A stretch of 53,815 nucleotides of DNA from NCBI GenBank assembly GCA_017394445.1, contig JAFPYT010000246.1, positions 1 through 53,815 of the forward strand, in the 5' to 3' direction. The notes under the pieces are model-generated. The model did no database searches. It saw only the letters and a program-made list of their open reading frames with translations, and was not told where the DNA came from. Position numbers and translations under genes: made by a program. Position 1 is the stretch's first letter. Each line of letters opens with the position of its first letter. The DNA is from Bacteroidales bacterium (GTDB taxonomy: Bacteria; Bacteroidota; Bacteroidia; Bacteroidales; UBA3824). This document shows positions 19,340 through 30,065 of the stretch, in pieces.

Positions 19340-22300
19340 ATGAAACACATAAGAAGAACTCTCGGAATGGCGGGCGCGGTTGCAGTTTTTGCAGCGGCGG
19401 TGTTTACCTCTTCGCCGTCAAACGCAGGTATCAACCGACACTCCCTGTGGCAACGTCCCGGAATCGACGGCGACACCGACCGTATCCGTCAAAATTCTCC
19501 AATTCAACTTAAAGACCCCGACAATATCTCCACTCAAACCGAGTACGATTACAAAACCGGCACTTACACCACGCAGAAAAAAGTAGGTGGAATGGATGTT
19601 GGTCGTCCCGTAACCTCCGACCGTCAGAGCCACGATTCTGCCGAAAACCGCACCGAAATGCGCGAATATTGGCGTCAACAGATGTTGATGCAGAGCGCAA
19701 GAAGCGACGGAGGCAGCCGCAATGGTCTCGACCGTTATCTCAACCCTCGTATCAATGTGGATATCCGTGGATTCGACCGCGTGTTTGGTACAAACGTTAT
19801 CGATATTAAGGCTCAGGGTAACGTGCAGGTGCTGTGTGGTGTGGATATTACCAAAATCGACAACTTTACGCTTCCCAAAAAGCAGAGAAACGATGTGTCG
19901 TTTGATTTTGATATGAATATGCAGGTGGGCGTTACCGGCACTATCGGCGACAAGATGAAAATTGGTCTCAACTACAACACCGAAGCCACTTTTGAATTTG
20001 AAAACAAGCAAAACATCGAATACATTGGTCACGACGACGAAATTATCCAACGTATTGAGTTTGGTAACGTGTCGATGCCGCTCGAAGGTACTTTGATTCA
20101 AGGTAGTAGCACTCTTTTTGGTGTAAAAACCGACTTGAAATTTGGCAAACTTACCGCCACAGCCGTGCTTTCGCAGCAAAAAGGCGAAACCCGCACAATT
20201 GAGGTAAACGCCGGAGCGGTAACAAACGAATTCCGCATTCAAGCCAGTGATTACGAGGCAAACCGTCACTTTTTCCTCAACCATTTTTTCCGCGACAATT
20301 ACGAACGTGCTCTTGCTAATCTGCCCATAATTTCGTCGGGTATTAACATTACAAATATCGAGGTTTGGGTAACGAATAAAAAACTTGCCACCGACGACAC
20401 CCGAAACTCTGTGGCTTTCCTCGACCTTGGCGAGCCTTCGCAGATTTATAACCATACCGCCGTTCATTCTTCGGGAATGTCGAACGGAATGCCCCAAAAC
20501 TCTGCCAACAACCTTTATAATGTGCTTACTGGTTCGTACAAAGCCGTCCGCGATATTAATAGCATCACAAGCACCCTCAACGGACGTTTTGAACCCGGCA
20601 CCGATTACGAAAAAATTGGCAACGCCCGAAAACTTGGCAACAACGAATATACTTTTAATTCGCAACTTGGTTTTATCTCGCTAAACTCTGCCCTTCAAGA
20701 CGATGAGGTGCTTGCCGTGGCTTACGAATATACTTATAGAGGCAAAACCTACAAAGTGGGCGAATTTAGTTCCGAAGTGCAGCCGTCGCAAACTCTTATC
20801 TTAAAACTTTTGCGCGGTACATCGTTTTCGCCCGCACTGCCCAACTGGAAGTTGATGATGAAAAACGTCTATTCGCTCAACGCTTACCAAATCGACAAAG
20901 ACAACTTCCGCCTACATATCAAATACCACAACGACAAAACCGGCACCGAACTCAACTACCTCAACGCCGGCGACATAGATGGAAAAGTTCTTCTCCGTGT
21001 AATGAACCTTGATAATGCCAACACGCAGTTGGAATCAACACCCGACGGTATTTTCGACTTTATCGACGGCGTTACCATAAATGCCGAGCGCGGACGTGTT
21101 TTCCTTCCTATGCTTGAACCATTCGGCAGTTATCTCGAAAATAAAATCAACAACAGCGGCGATGCTGCCAAATATTGTTACAACCAACTTTACGACAGCA
21201 CCAAAACTATAGCCAAGCAAAATGCCGAGCGCGACAAGTTTTACATTACTGGTAAATACAAATCGTCGGCAGGTAGCGAAATTTCGCTCGACGCTATGAA
21301 CATTCCCGAAGGTTCGGTAAAAGTTACCTGCGGCGGAATGCAGTTAAAAGAGGGTAGCGACTATTCGGTAGACTATCTTCTCGGAACGGTAAAAATTCTC
21401 AACGAATCTATCCTTTCGTCGGGTAACAAAATCCTCGTTTCGGTAGAGAGCAACACCACGTTTAGCAGCACCACCAAAACCCTTATGGGAACGCACCTCA
21501 ATTATCAGTTCAACAAAAATTTCAACATTGGCGGTACAATTATGCGCCTTTCGGAAAAGACCCTTACCAATAAGGTAAGTTTTGGCAACGAACCCATCAA
21601 AAACACTATCTGGGGATTGGATATGCGCTACTCGCTGCCCTTGCCCGGATTAACCAAAGCCATCGACCGCCTTCCATTAATTAGCACCAAAGCCGAATCG
21701 CGATTAAGTTTTGAGGGCGAATTTGCGCAACTTATCCCTGGTCATAGTCGCTCTATCGACAAGGCGGGAACTTGCTACATCGACGATTTTGAAAGTGCCC
21801 AAACCAAAATTGATGTTAAATCGGTAAGCCAATGGGTTTTGGCATCCACTCCGGCTGGAACAAAAAATTTCCCCGAGGCTAAATTCAACAACGACCTTAG
21901 ATATGGTTTCAACCGTGCGCGTTTGGCGTGGTATAATGTGCTGAGCGACCTTCAAGGCACAGCCACAAGTAGTTACGGCATTACACCTTCTTATATTAGT
22001 AAAGACGACCAAAGCAACCATTACATCCGTGCCGTTTACGAACGTGAAATTTTCCCAAATGCACAGTCTATCAGCGGAATTTCTACACAGTTGACCATTC
22101 TCAACCTTGCATATTACCCCACCGAGCGCGGACCTTATAACTATGATGTGGAAGGTGAGCCCGGCGTGTCGGCAGGTATCAACGAAGATGGTTCGCTCAA
22201 AAATCCGTCAAACCGTTGGGGCGGCGTAATGCGCGAACTTACCACCACCGACTTTGAGGCGTCTAACATCGAATACATAGAATTTTGGATGCTCGACCCC

Positions 22301-25300
22301 TTTATCTACGAGCAAGAGGATATGGGTGCCGACCTTTATTTCAACCTTGGTAATGTGTCGGAAGATGTGCTAAAAGATTCGCGCAAAAGTTTTGAAAACG
22401 GTCTGCCTTATCCGCCCGACCCGCAATTTATCGACACCACCGCTTGGGGCTTGGTTTCTAATAAAACCTTCCTTGTTAACGCATTCGACAATAGCAACGG
22501 CGCAAAAGATGTTCAAGACCTTGGTTTCGACGGTTTGGACGACGATCAAGAACGCTCGTTCCACAATAATTTCTTAGACCGTATCTCCAACGTTTTCGGT
22601 ACATCGTCTAAAGCATACGCCGATGCTTACAACGACCCGTCGAGTGATAACTACCATTTTTTCCGCGGCTCTGATTACGACGAACAAAAACTCTCCATTG
22701 CCGACCGTTATAAACATTACAACGGCACACAAGGCAACTCGCGCGATTTTTCTACTTCGTCGGCATACTCCACCATCAAAGACCGTTACCCCGACGTAGA
22801 GGATATCAATCTCGACAACACCCTCTCCGAAACCGAATCGTATTATCAATATAAGGTGCACCTTTCGCCCAACCAAATGCAGGTGGGACAAAACTACATC
22901 ACCGATATGATTGAAAGCAACGTAAAGACTGTTAACGGTCAAACCGAAACCGTAAAATGGTATCAATTTAAAGTGCCTATCTACGAACCCGATAGCACCG
23001 TTGGTTCAATCTCCGACTTTAAGTCGATCCGCTTTATGCGTATGTATCTTACCAACGCCAAAAAAGATATTATCCTACGTTTTGCCGAAATGAACCTTGT
23101 GCGTGGCGATTGGCGCAAATACAACGCCGCTATGACATCGGCTGGCGAAGTGGTTACCGACCATCAGTATAGCGACGGACTTTTAGACATATCTACCGTG
23201 AGCCTCGAAGAAAACGGCAGCAAAACTCCCGTTAATTATCTTCTTCCTCCCGGCATCGACCGCGAGCGCGACTATCAAACCAACCAAGTGGTAGAAGAGG
23301 ACGAAAAATCTATGGCACTCTCGGTAACAAATCTTCCCGACGGACAATCGGTGGCAGCATACAAAACCGCTGTTTTGGACCTTCGCCAATACCGAAAACT
23401 CAAAATGTTTGTTCACGAAGAACAACCCGCCGGCACAGTATTAAACGACAACGACCTTAGTATTTTTGTCCGTCTCGGTAGCGACTACAAAGAAAACTAT
23501 TACGAATACGAACTCCCCTTGAAGGTAACGCCCGAAGGTTATTACACCAACGACGAAAATGGTCGCCTCGGTGTTTGGCCGCTCGAAAACAATGTGGAGA
23601 TAGTTTTTGCCGACCTTCAAGATGTTAAGGTAATGCGCAATAATGCAGCACGCGAGGCTGGGTCAACTGTTTCGGTAACAATGCCTTATACCCACGTAAA
23701 CGAAAACGGTACTAAAATTACCGTTATTGGTAACCCCAACGTCAGCAATATCAAGACTATAATGATAGGTGTGCGCAACCCTTCGCAAGAAACCAATCCA
23801 TTCTCTGACGACGGAATGTCCAAAACCGCTGAAATTTGGGTAAACGAACTTCGCCTTACCGACTTTAACGAAGATGGCGGATGGGCTGCCAAGGGAAAAG
23901 TAGAATTGCAGATGGCAGACCTCGCCACGGTTTCGGTGGCAGGTTACACACATACGCCCGGATTTGGAAGTATAGAAAAGAGGGTAGGGGAGCGTTACCA
24001 AGAAACCGTTTACCAATACGACCTTACATCGCAGGTGCAGATGGGCAAATTTTTTAATAATGATTACGGAGTAAAATTGCCGGTTTACTTTGGATATTCC
24101 GAAAACTACGAAATTCCCCGTTACAATCCTCTCGACCCTGATATCGAACTAAAAGAGACTCTCAACAATCCTCATCTTTCAAAAGAAGAAAAAGACGAAA
24201 TCCGCGACCAAAGTATCACCTTTGAACGTCGCAAAAGTTTCAACGTTACCAATATGCACATTGAGGGACGAAGCAAGGAGGCAAAAGAGGAGGCTCGCCT
24301 ACGCAAAGAGCAGAAAAACGCCGAAGCCAATGCCAATGTGCCCGTTACCCCTGAGGAGAAAAAACAGCAGCAAAAGAAACCGCTCGTTAACCAAAAGCCA
24401 TTTTACCACGTGTCGAACTTTACGGCGGGTTTTGCTTACAGCGAGTATTATATGCACGATGTAACTATTAAATCGCAGTTGGAGAGAATTTTACAATCGT
24501 CGTTGGAATACAACTTTACCTATAATCCCAAAAACTACAAGCCGCTCTCAAAGGTTAAATTTTTGCGTAATAAACATCTTGCATTGATTCGCGATTTCAA
24601 CTTCTATCTGTTGCCTACAATGGTGGCTGCGTCGGCTAATATCGACCGTATGTATTCTACCATCAATTATCGCAATATCAACGAAGACGATGGTTTCCTC
24701 GACCCCACGTTCCAAAAAGATTTCCGTTGGCGCAGAAATTACCAAGTAAATTACAAGTTGTCGCAAAATCTGCAAATGAACTTTACCGCCAACAACGAAA
24801 GCCGCGTTAATCCCGATGGCATACTCGACCGTTTTGGCGAAGAAACCGCCCGCGAAAAGGATACGCTCTTTATGAAATTTCTCGACCTTGGTTACAATAC
24901 ATCTTACAAGCAGAATGTAAAATTCCAATACCAAGTGCCGCTCAACAAGATTCCGCTTTTGAATTGGGTTTCGGCTAATGCCATTTACAGCAGCGACTAC
25001 AATTGGCAGCGCGGTATCGAACCTGTGGAAGTAGCCGCCACCGACACCACTCCGGCTTACACCATTAGTCACGGCAACACTATTGCCAACAACGGAGTGC
25101 TTACCCTCAACGGCTCTACCAACCTCGAAAACCTCTATCGCAAAACACCTTATTTTAAAGATGTATTAAAACGATTCTCAAAAGACGGTCGCAAAAACGC
25201 CACCAACGAAAAACGCGAGGTAACAGCCACCAAAAACAATCTCCGTTTTACCAAAGGCGTAGGCCGAATTATTTACCACAATCTTGGCACCACCGATGTG

Positions 25301-26878
25301 GAGGCTGAAATAACGGATATCGACGGTCAGCCCGTAAAAGGTAGCACCAGCATTGTTGATAAAAACCGCATCCGCTTTACTGCCGACGACGATTACGAAG
25401 GCTGTACCGCTGTGGTAAAAGGCAAAAAGCCTGTCAACGATAGTCCGTTCCTTGTAATTTCCGATTATCTTGCTTACACACTTATGAGCGTCCGCAATAT
25501 TTCGGTAACTTATAAAAATCAACGTTCAAACACACTTACAGGCTATCAGCCCGATACTAAATTGTTTGGCTCGTATTATTCGGGCGGAGTAATAATGCCG
25601 GGCATAGATTATTTAATGAGTCTCAACGACGATGATTTCCATCTTTACGCCGCCGACAAGGGTTGGCTTATCAAAGATTCCACCCTTGCCGACCCTGTGA
25701 TGTATACCAAAGGCAACAGCATTGGCGTGCGTGTGGCTTTGGAACCCATCAACACATTCCGCATCGACGTAAGTTTCGACCGTAGCATTGTATACAACAC
25801 CGAGGAGTTTTTTGCCTACGCCACCGATATTGACGGATGGCAGACATCGAGCCGCGTTAAGCACGGTAACTTCCGCATAAGTTACAATATGCTTAAAACA
25901 TCGTTTAAGAAAGTTGGCGATGATTACAGTTTGGAAACCTACAACAAGTTTCTCGACAACCGCGAAATAATAGCACAACGTCAAGCCGACCGTCGAATGG
26001 GTCTAAAAGAATACGACCCCACTCCGCAAGTAGACGATGAGGGCAATCTGCTTTATGGCAATTATCCCAATGGATACAGCAAAACCCATCAAGATGTGCT
26101 CTTACCAGCATTTCTTGCAGCATACGCAGGCACAAGTCCGCAAAAAATCCGTCTCGACCCGTTCCTCAAAATTCCTTTGCCCAATTGGCGCATTAATTAT
26201 AAGGGTCTCGGTAATATTCCATTGCTTAAAAATGTGGTTCGCTCGGCAATGTTGACCCACGCTTATTCGTCGTCGTACTCGATATCCAACTTCAAAAACA
26301 ACGCTGATTACAGTTTTGATGATGAATACAACTGGGGACGCTCGTTTGCTCGCTACGAAGCCAACAACCTTTTTATTCCGCAATACGAAATTGCCGCCGT
26401 TACTCTCGACGAAAAATTTGCGCCTCTTGCCGGAATCGACATTTCGTGGGTAAACCTTATGAGCACCAAATTCGAGTATCGTCGCACCCGTCAGATTACT
26501 CTCGGATTTGCCAACAGCCAAATATCCGAAATGTACCGCAAGGAGTGGATTATTGGCGTAGGATATAAGTTTGCACAGTTGCCCTTGAATATTCGCACCT
26601 CGGGCGGCAGCAACCGATTTAAGAGCGATCTCGACCTCCGTGCCGATTTTGTTATTGACGACGACAAAACCATCATCCGCGAAATCGAAAACCTCTACGA
26701 CCAAATATCAGCAGGACAAAAGAGTTTTTCGATAAAATCTACGGCTGATTACAGACTCTCTCAACGTTTTAAAGTGCAATTGTATTACAACCATCAGATA
26801 ACCAATCCGATAATCTCCACAAGTTATCGCACAAGCAACATAAAGTTTGGGTTTAGCATTACGATGAGTTTGGATTGA
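19340..26878 (+). CDS. sprA: type IX secretion system translocon SprA (Sov)
   Basis: About 2500 aa, directly after ruvA. Contains IQRIEFGNVSMPL, YIDDFE, RWGGVMR, EYIEFW, WVNELR, GFGSIE and PNWRINY motifs. Confidence 0.95.
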   Translation: MKHIRRTLGMAGAVAVFAAAVFTSSPSNAGINRHSLWQRPGIDGDTDRIRQNSPIQLKDPDNISTQTEYDYKTGTYTTQKKVGGMDVGRPVTSDRQSHDSAENRTEMREYWRQQMLMQSARSDGGSRNGLDRYLNPRINVDIRGFDRVFGTNVIDIKAQGNVQVLCGVDITKIDNFTLPKKQRNDVSFDFDMNMQVGVTGTIGDKMKIGLNYNTEATFEFENKQNIEYIGHDDEIIQRIEFGNVSMPLEGTLIQGSSTLFGVKTDLKFGKLTATAVLSQQKGETRTIEVNAGAVTNEFRIQASDYEANRHFFLNHFFRDNYERALANLPIISSGINITNIEVWVTNKKLATDDTRNSVAFLDLGEPSQIYNHTAVHSSGMSNGMPQNSANNLYNVLTGSYKAVRDINSITSTLNGRFEPGTDYEKIGNARKLGNNEYTFNSQLGFISLNSALQDDEVLAVAYEYTYRGKTYKVGEFSSEVQPSQTLILKLLRGTSFSPALPNWKLMMKNVYSLNAYQIDKDNFRLHIKYHNDKTGTELNYLNAGDIDGKVLLRVMNLDNANTQLESTPDGIFDFIDGVTINAERGRVFLPMLEPFGSYLENKINNSGDAAKYCYNQLYDSTKTIAKQNAERDKFYITGKYKSSAGSEISLDAMNIPEGSVKVTCGGMQLKEGSDYSVDYLLGTVKILNESILSSGNKILVSVESNTTFSSTTKTLMGTHLNYQFNKNFNIGGTIMRLSEKTLTNKVSFGNEPIKNTIWGLDMRYSLPLPGLTKAIDRLPLISTKAESRLSFEGEFAQLIPGHSRSIDKAGTCYIDDFESAQTKIDVKSVSQWVLASTPAGTKNFPEAKFNNDLRYGFNRARLAWYNVLSDLQGTATSSYGITPSYISKDDQSNHYIRAVYEREIFPNAQSISGISTQLTILNLAYYPTERGPYNYDVEGEPGVSAGINEDGSLKNPSNRWGGVMRELTTTDFEASNIEYIEFWMLDPFIYEQEDMGADLYFNLGNVSEDVLKDSRKSFENGLPYPPDPQFIDTTAWGLVSNKTFLVNAFDNSNGAKDVQDLGFDGLDDDQERSFHNNFLDRISNVFGTSSKAYADAYNDPSSDNYHFFRGSDYDEQKLSIADRYKHYNGTQGNSRDFSTSSAYSTIKDRYPDVEDINLDNTLSETESYYQYKVHLSPNQMQVGQNYITDMIESNVKTVNGQTETVKWYQFKVPIYEPDSTVGSISDFKSIRFMRMYLTNAKKDIILRFAEMNLVRGDWRKYNAAMTSAGEVVTDHQYSDGLLDISTVSLEENGSKTPVNYLLPPGIDRERDYQTNQVVEEDEKSMALSVTNLPDGQSVAAYKTAVLDLRQYRKLKMFVHEEQPAGTVLNDNDLSIFVRLGSDYKENYYEYELPLKVTPEGYYTNDENGRLGVWPLENNVEIVFADLQDVKVMRNNAAREAGSTVSVTMPYTHVNENGTKITVIGNPNVSNIKTIMIGVRNPSQETNPFSDDGMSKTAEIWVNELRLTDFNEDGGWAAKGKVELQMADLATVSVAGYTHTPGFGSIEKRVGERYQETVYQYDLTSQVQMGKFFNNDYGVKLPVYFGYSENYEIPRYNPLDPDIELKETLNNPHLSKEEKDEIRDQSITFERRKSFNVTNMHIEGRSKEAKEEARLRKEQKNAEANANVPVTPEEKKQQQKKPLVNQKPFYHVSNFTAGFAYSEYYMHDVTIKSQLERILQSSLEYNFTYNPKNYKPLSKVKFLRNKHLALIRDFNFYLLPTMVAASANIDRMYSTINYRNINEDDGFLDPTFQKDFRWRRNYQVNYKLSQNLQMNFTANNESRVNPDGILDRFGEETAREKDTLFMKFLDLGYNTSYKQNVKFQYQVPLNKIPLLNWVSANAIYSSDYNWQRGIEPVEVAATDTTPAYTISHGNTIANNGVLTLNGSTNLENLYRKTPYFKDVLKRFSKDGRKNATNEKREVTATKNNLRFTKGVGRIIYHNLGTTDVEAEITDIDGQPVKGSTSIVDKNRIRFTADDDYEGCTAVVKGKKPVNDSPFLVISDYLAYTLMSVRNISVTYKNQRSNTLTGYQPDTKLFGSYYSGGVIMPGIDYLMSLNDDDFHLYAADKGWLIKDSTLADPVMYTKGNSIGVRVALEPINTFRIDVSFDRSIVYNTEEFFAYATDIDGWQTSSRVKHGNFRISYNMLKTSFKKVGDDYSLETYNKFLDNREIIAQRQADRRMGLKEYDPTPQVDDEGNLLYGNYPNGYSKTHQDVLLPAFLAAYAGTSPQKIRLDPFLKIPLPNWRINYKGLGNIPLLKNVVRSAMLTHAYSSSYSISNFKNNADYSFDDEYNWGRSFARYEANNLFIPQYEIAAVTLDEKFAPLAGIDISWVNLMSTKFEYRRTRQITLGFANSQISEMYRKEWIIGVGYKFAQLPLNIRTSGGSNRFKSDLDLRADFVIDDDKTIIREIENLYDQISAGQKSFSIKSTADYRLSQRFKVQLYYNHQITNPIISTSYRTSNIKFGFSITMSLD

Positions 26879-26934
26879 TAATGTGTAACTTAAAATTTTT
26901 ACAATTTTATAGTGTTATTTACATTTAGAATGAT

Positions 26935-26942
26935 TACCTTTG
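26935..26942 (+). promoter_or_regulatory. sigma-A -7 element directly before the DUF4271 ATG
   Basis: TACCTTTG ends 6 nt before the in-frame ATG at 26949. Confidence 0.6.
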
Positions 26943-26948
26943 CAATTA

Positions 26949-28133
26949 ATGAGATTTAGGATTGTCATATTGATGATGTTGCTGTCGTTGGCAGCAGAAG
27001 CCGTGCCGCCCCAAAAGAGTGTTAAACAACCTGTTGGAAGCGACAACACTTCGTATCTATATTACAACTCCGATCCATCGGTTAATTTTCTCTATTGGGA
27101 AAAAAATGTAAGAATTGCGCCTCCGCCACCGCCGCAGATTACCGTTTCGCCTTTGGTAGATTCGCTGTGCGCTATTCTCAATGCTGATACTACCGCGTTG
27201 TTTTCGATTCCATCTGTTCGCCCGAGAGTGCCGAGCAATGTAGTTACTTTTGAAATCAACGAAACAGAGTATCTTGTGGGTATTCCCACCGACAAAACTT
27301 CGTATATCTACCTTCCTAAAAAGCGTTACGAATTTACACACGCCGATTCGCTTGCAATGTACACCCCGTTTGACCTTACAAAATTGGGAATCTACACATT
27401 GTCGTTTTATGGCGTAGACGCTTGGCATATCAATGTGGAAGAAAAAATACCTGAGCGGTTTTATATTGACCTTGGTAGTGAAAAAAGCACCCTTGTGTTT
27501 CCTACCGAGATTCTTGTGCCGATGATTATAAGTTTAATTTTGATACTTATCGCCAACTTTTATTCGCGCGGATATATTCATAGGCTTTTGCTCATAGTTT
27601 GCTTTTACAACGCATTTAACAATGCCGCATCAGAGCGCAATATCTCTGCCGAAAAAGCTGGTTGGATGCTGTTTGCCAATTATATTCTCAGCGTGTCGAT
27701 TTTTGCATTTATATTAATTACAAAGTATGGCATAGAGCAACCGTTTAATTGTTTTGTTGCTTTGGCAATTGGTTGCGGGTCAGTGTTTTTGATATATTTA
27801 ATTAAACTATTGGTTTCAATGTTTTTTAGCAATCTGTTTCTTTGTCGCGACACCTTTTCGCTTCATTACACCAATGTATCATACATATTGCAGATACTCG
27901 GCGTTGTGCTTTTGCCTGTAAATTTCTGTATGGTGTATATCGGCTACGAATTTACTGTGGAAACTCTCTTTGTGATAGGAGCTGGGGTGTGCATTTTGGC
28001 AGAATTGATGAAATTAATAAGGTTGTTTAAAATAATATTTGATAAACATTTTTCTACTTTTTATTTATTTTTGTATCTTTGCGGCGTGGAATTTTTACCT
28101 GTATTGCTTGCGGTTAAAATACTGTCCCGTTAG
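26949..28133 (+). CDS. DUF4271 family membrane protein
   Basis: Signal peptide, multiple C-terminal TM helices and FLYLCGVEFLP motif; upstream of hemD as usual in Bacteroidota. Confidence 0.85.
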   Translation: MRFRIVILMMLLSLAAEAVPPQKSVKQPVGSDNTSYLYYNSDPSVNFLYWEKNVRIAPPPPPQITVSPLVDSLCAILNADTTALFSIPSVRPRVPSNVVTFEINETEYLVGIPTDKTSYIYLPKKRYEFTHADSLAMYTPFDLTKLGIYTLSFYGVDAWHINVEEKIPERFYIDLGSEKSTLVFPTEILVPMIISLILILIANFYSRGYIHRLLLIVCFYNAFNNAASERNISAEKAGWMLFANYILSVSIFAFILITKYGIEQPFNCFVALAIGCGSVFLIYLIKLLVSMFFSNLFLCRDTFSLHYTNVSYILQILGVVLLPVNFCMVYIGYEFTVETLFVIGAGVCILAELMKLIRLFKIIFDKHFSTFYLFLYLCGVEFLPVLLAVKILSR

Positions 28134-28194
28134 CCGTTTGTTACAGGATTCCGCCTGGGACAGAAGGGATAGTTTTAATTTAAAATAAAGAGTT

Positions 28195-28950
28195 TTGAAA
28201 ATTACTAATTTGCTGATTTCGCAGCCAAAACCGACGGGAGACAGCAGTCCCTATTTTGATTTGGCCGAAAAGTTGAAACTAAACGTTACATTCCGTCAGT
28301 TTATCAAAATTGTCGGAGTTAGCACAAAGGATTTTAGGGCTCAGCACATCAACTTGCCCGACTACACAGCCGTTATCTTTACAAGCAAAATCGGTATTGA
28401 TAATTTTTTCCGTATTGCCAAAGAGGTGAAATACGCCGTACCTGAATCTTTGAAGTATTTCTGCACCACCGTGCAGATAGCACTTTATCTTCAAAAGTAT
28501 ATAGTTTATCGCAAACGTAAGATTTTTCACGGCAAGCAGAATCTCAACGACGCTGTTGAAGCTCTTAAAAAGAACGCTGCCGAAAAATTCCTCATCGTTA
28601 CGAGCGATGTTAGCAGCAACGAAATACCCGATTTTCTCAACAGCCTTGGCATAAAGTACGATAAAACTGTTATGTATCAGACTGTGAGTGCCGAATTGGA
28701 CGATTTGAAAGCAGATTTTCCGAATTTCCAAGTGCTTGTGTTCTTTACTCCTGCGGGAATCAAGAGCCTTCACGAAAACTTCCCCGATTTTGAACAGGGC
28801 GACGTTAAAATTGCTGCCTTTGGACATTCGGCGTGGGAGGCTGTGGAAAAATACGGCTACCGTCTAGATATCAAGGCTCCCACTGAGGAGGCTAAGAGTA
28901 TGCCTGCCGCTTTGGAGCAGTTTATTATAGCAAACAACAAGCGTAAATAA
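28195..28950 (+). CDS. hemD: uroporphyrinogen-III synthase (Bacteroidota HemD family)
   Basis: LISQPKP, SPYFDL, IALYLQKYIVYRKRKIF, FFTPAGIKSL..NFPDFEQ; TTG start. Confidence 0.9.
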   Translation: MKITNLLISQPKPTGDSSPYFDLAEKLKLNVTFRQFIKIVGVSTKDFRAQHINLPDYTAVIFTSKIGIDNFFRIAKEVKYAVPESLKYFCTTVQIALYLQKYIVYRKRKIFHGKQNLNDAVEALKKNAAEKFLIVTSDVSSNEIPDFLNSLGIKYDKTVMYQTVSAELDDLKADFPNFQVLVFFTPAGIKSLHENFPDFEQGDVKIAAFGHSAWEAVEKYGYRLDIKAPTEEAKSMPAALEQFIIANNKRK

Positions 28951-28957
28951 TTGATAA

Positions 28958-29341
28958 TTGCATAAGACCTACACATTGGGCAAGGCCGAAAGGCTCAAAA
29001 GTGTTGTCCGTATCGAAAACCTTTTTAAATCGGGAAAGTCGTTTGTGGCTTTCCCTTTTATAGTTTACTATACTGTGGATTCGGATTTTGATAAGGAGGG
29101 CAGTCAAATGATGGTTTCGGTAAGCAAGAGACAGTTTAAACACGCCGTAGACCGCAATCGCCTCAAACGTCTTACTCGTGAGGCATTTAGATTGCGTCGT
29201 CAAAGATTCAACGATTTGTTTCCTGCTCATTATAGTGTTGCTTTTGTGTATAAAGGTCGTCAGATGACGAGTTTTGATGTAGTGTCGCAGGCTATGGACG
29301 CAATTGTTCAAAAATTTTCTACGATATTACAAGAGCAATAA
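28958..29341 (+). CDS. rnpA: ribonuclease P protein component
   Basis: KAERLKS and SVSKRQFKHAVDRNRLKRLTREAFR (RNR motif). Confidence 0.95.
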   Translation: MHKTYTLGKAERLKSVVRIENLFKSGKSFVAFPFIVYYTVDSDFDKEGSQMMVSVSKRQFKHAVDRNRLKRLTREAFRLRRQRFNDLFPAHYSVAFVYKGRQMTSFDVVSQAMDAIVQKFSTILQEQ

Positions 29342-29353
29342 AATAATATAACA

Positions 29354-29391
29354 AACAAAAAAGCCCTGCCAAACGGCGGGGCTTTTTTGTT
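29354..29391. terminator. bidirectional intrinsic terminator
   Basis: AACAAAAAAGCCCTGCC-aaac-GGCGGGGCTTTTTTGTT between convergent genes. Confidence 0.85.
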
Positions 29392-29410
29392 GATACTTTA
29401 ACTATTCCTT

Positions 29411-30040
29411 TTAGAATGTGTCTTCTTCGGTTTCGCGGTCGATTACGTAAACTGTAACACAGCCTTTGTTTTTTTCAACCGGTACTGCAAAACCTTCGTC
29501 GGCAGCAGGTTGTTGCTGTTGTTGTTGACGAGGTTGCTCATAGTCGTAATCAGAGTAACTATACTCCTGAACTTGCTCTTGGGGTTTTTCAACCTCTTTT
29601 ACATCGAGCATAATTTTAAGCGATGTAGAAGATACTGGGCTGAAATCGAAAAACGGGTGAATGAACTTGTTTTTCTTGATATCCATAAACTCCTGCAGAG
29701 CGGTCTGCTGGGGGCTTACAGGCTCATTACCCTCCGAAAGTTTGCCTGGTACATTTACTACTACCTCTCCTGTGCTCATATCGATGATTTTGACATCGAT
29801 ATTGTTGTTGAATACCGTGCTTGCAAAAAACTGTATTCTATAGTCCATACCTTTGGTAATCGGAAGCACAAATTCGTATTTGCGACCTGTCTGGCACATT
29901 GCACTTTTTGACGCGGTGTTATAGCGGTATGGTGCAACTGGCTTGCGCATTTTCATCTGGTCAGCGCAAGTGTTTTGTGCTTGTAGACCCAAAGGTAGTG
30001 ATACTAAAACAACAAGTAAAAATTTAATAACATTTTTCAT
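29411..30040 (-). CDS. hypothetical secreted protein
   Basis: Signal peptide (..LQA-QN), three cysteines, beta-rich, with a Q-rich insertion near the C-terminus. Confidence 0.7.
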   Translation of the reverse strand: MKNVIKFLLVVLVSLPLGLQAQNTCADQMKMRKPVAPYRYNTASKSAMCQTGRKYEFVLPITKGMDYRIQFFASTVFNNNIDVKIIDMSTGEVVVNVPGKLSEGNEPVSPQQTALQEFMDIKKNKFIHPFFDFSPVSSTSLKIMLDVKEVEKPQEQVQEYSYSDYDYEQPRQQQQQQPAADEGFAVPVEKNKGCVTVYVIDRETEEDTF

Positions 30041-30065
30041 ATTTGTAGAAGTTTTAATATTTTAC

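Noticed and set aside
19418-20665. 415-aa antisense ORF and the other antisense ORFs within sprA
   Set aside because: These are reverse-frame shadows produced by codon bias, with no recognisable motifs.
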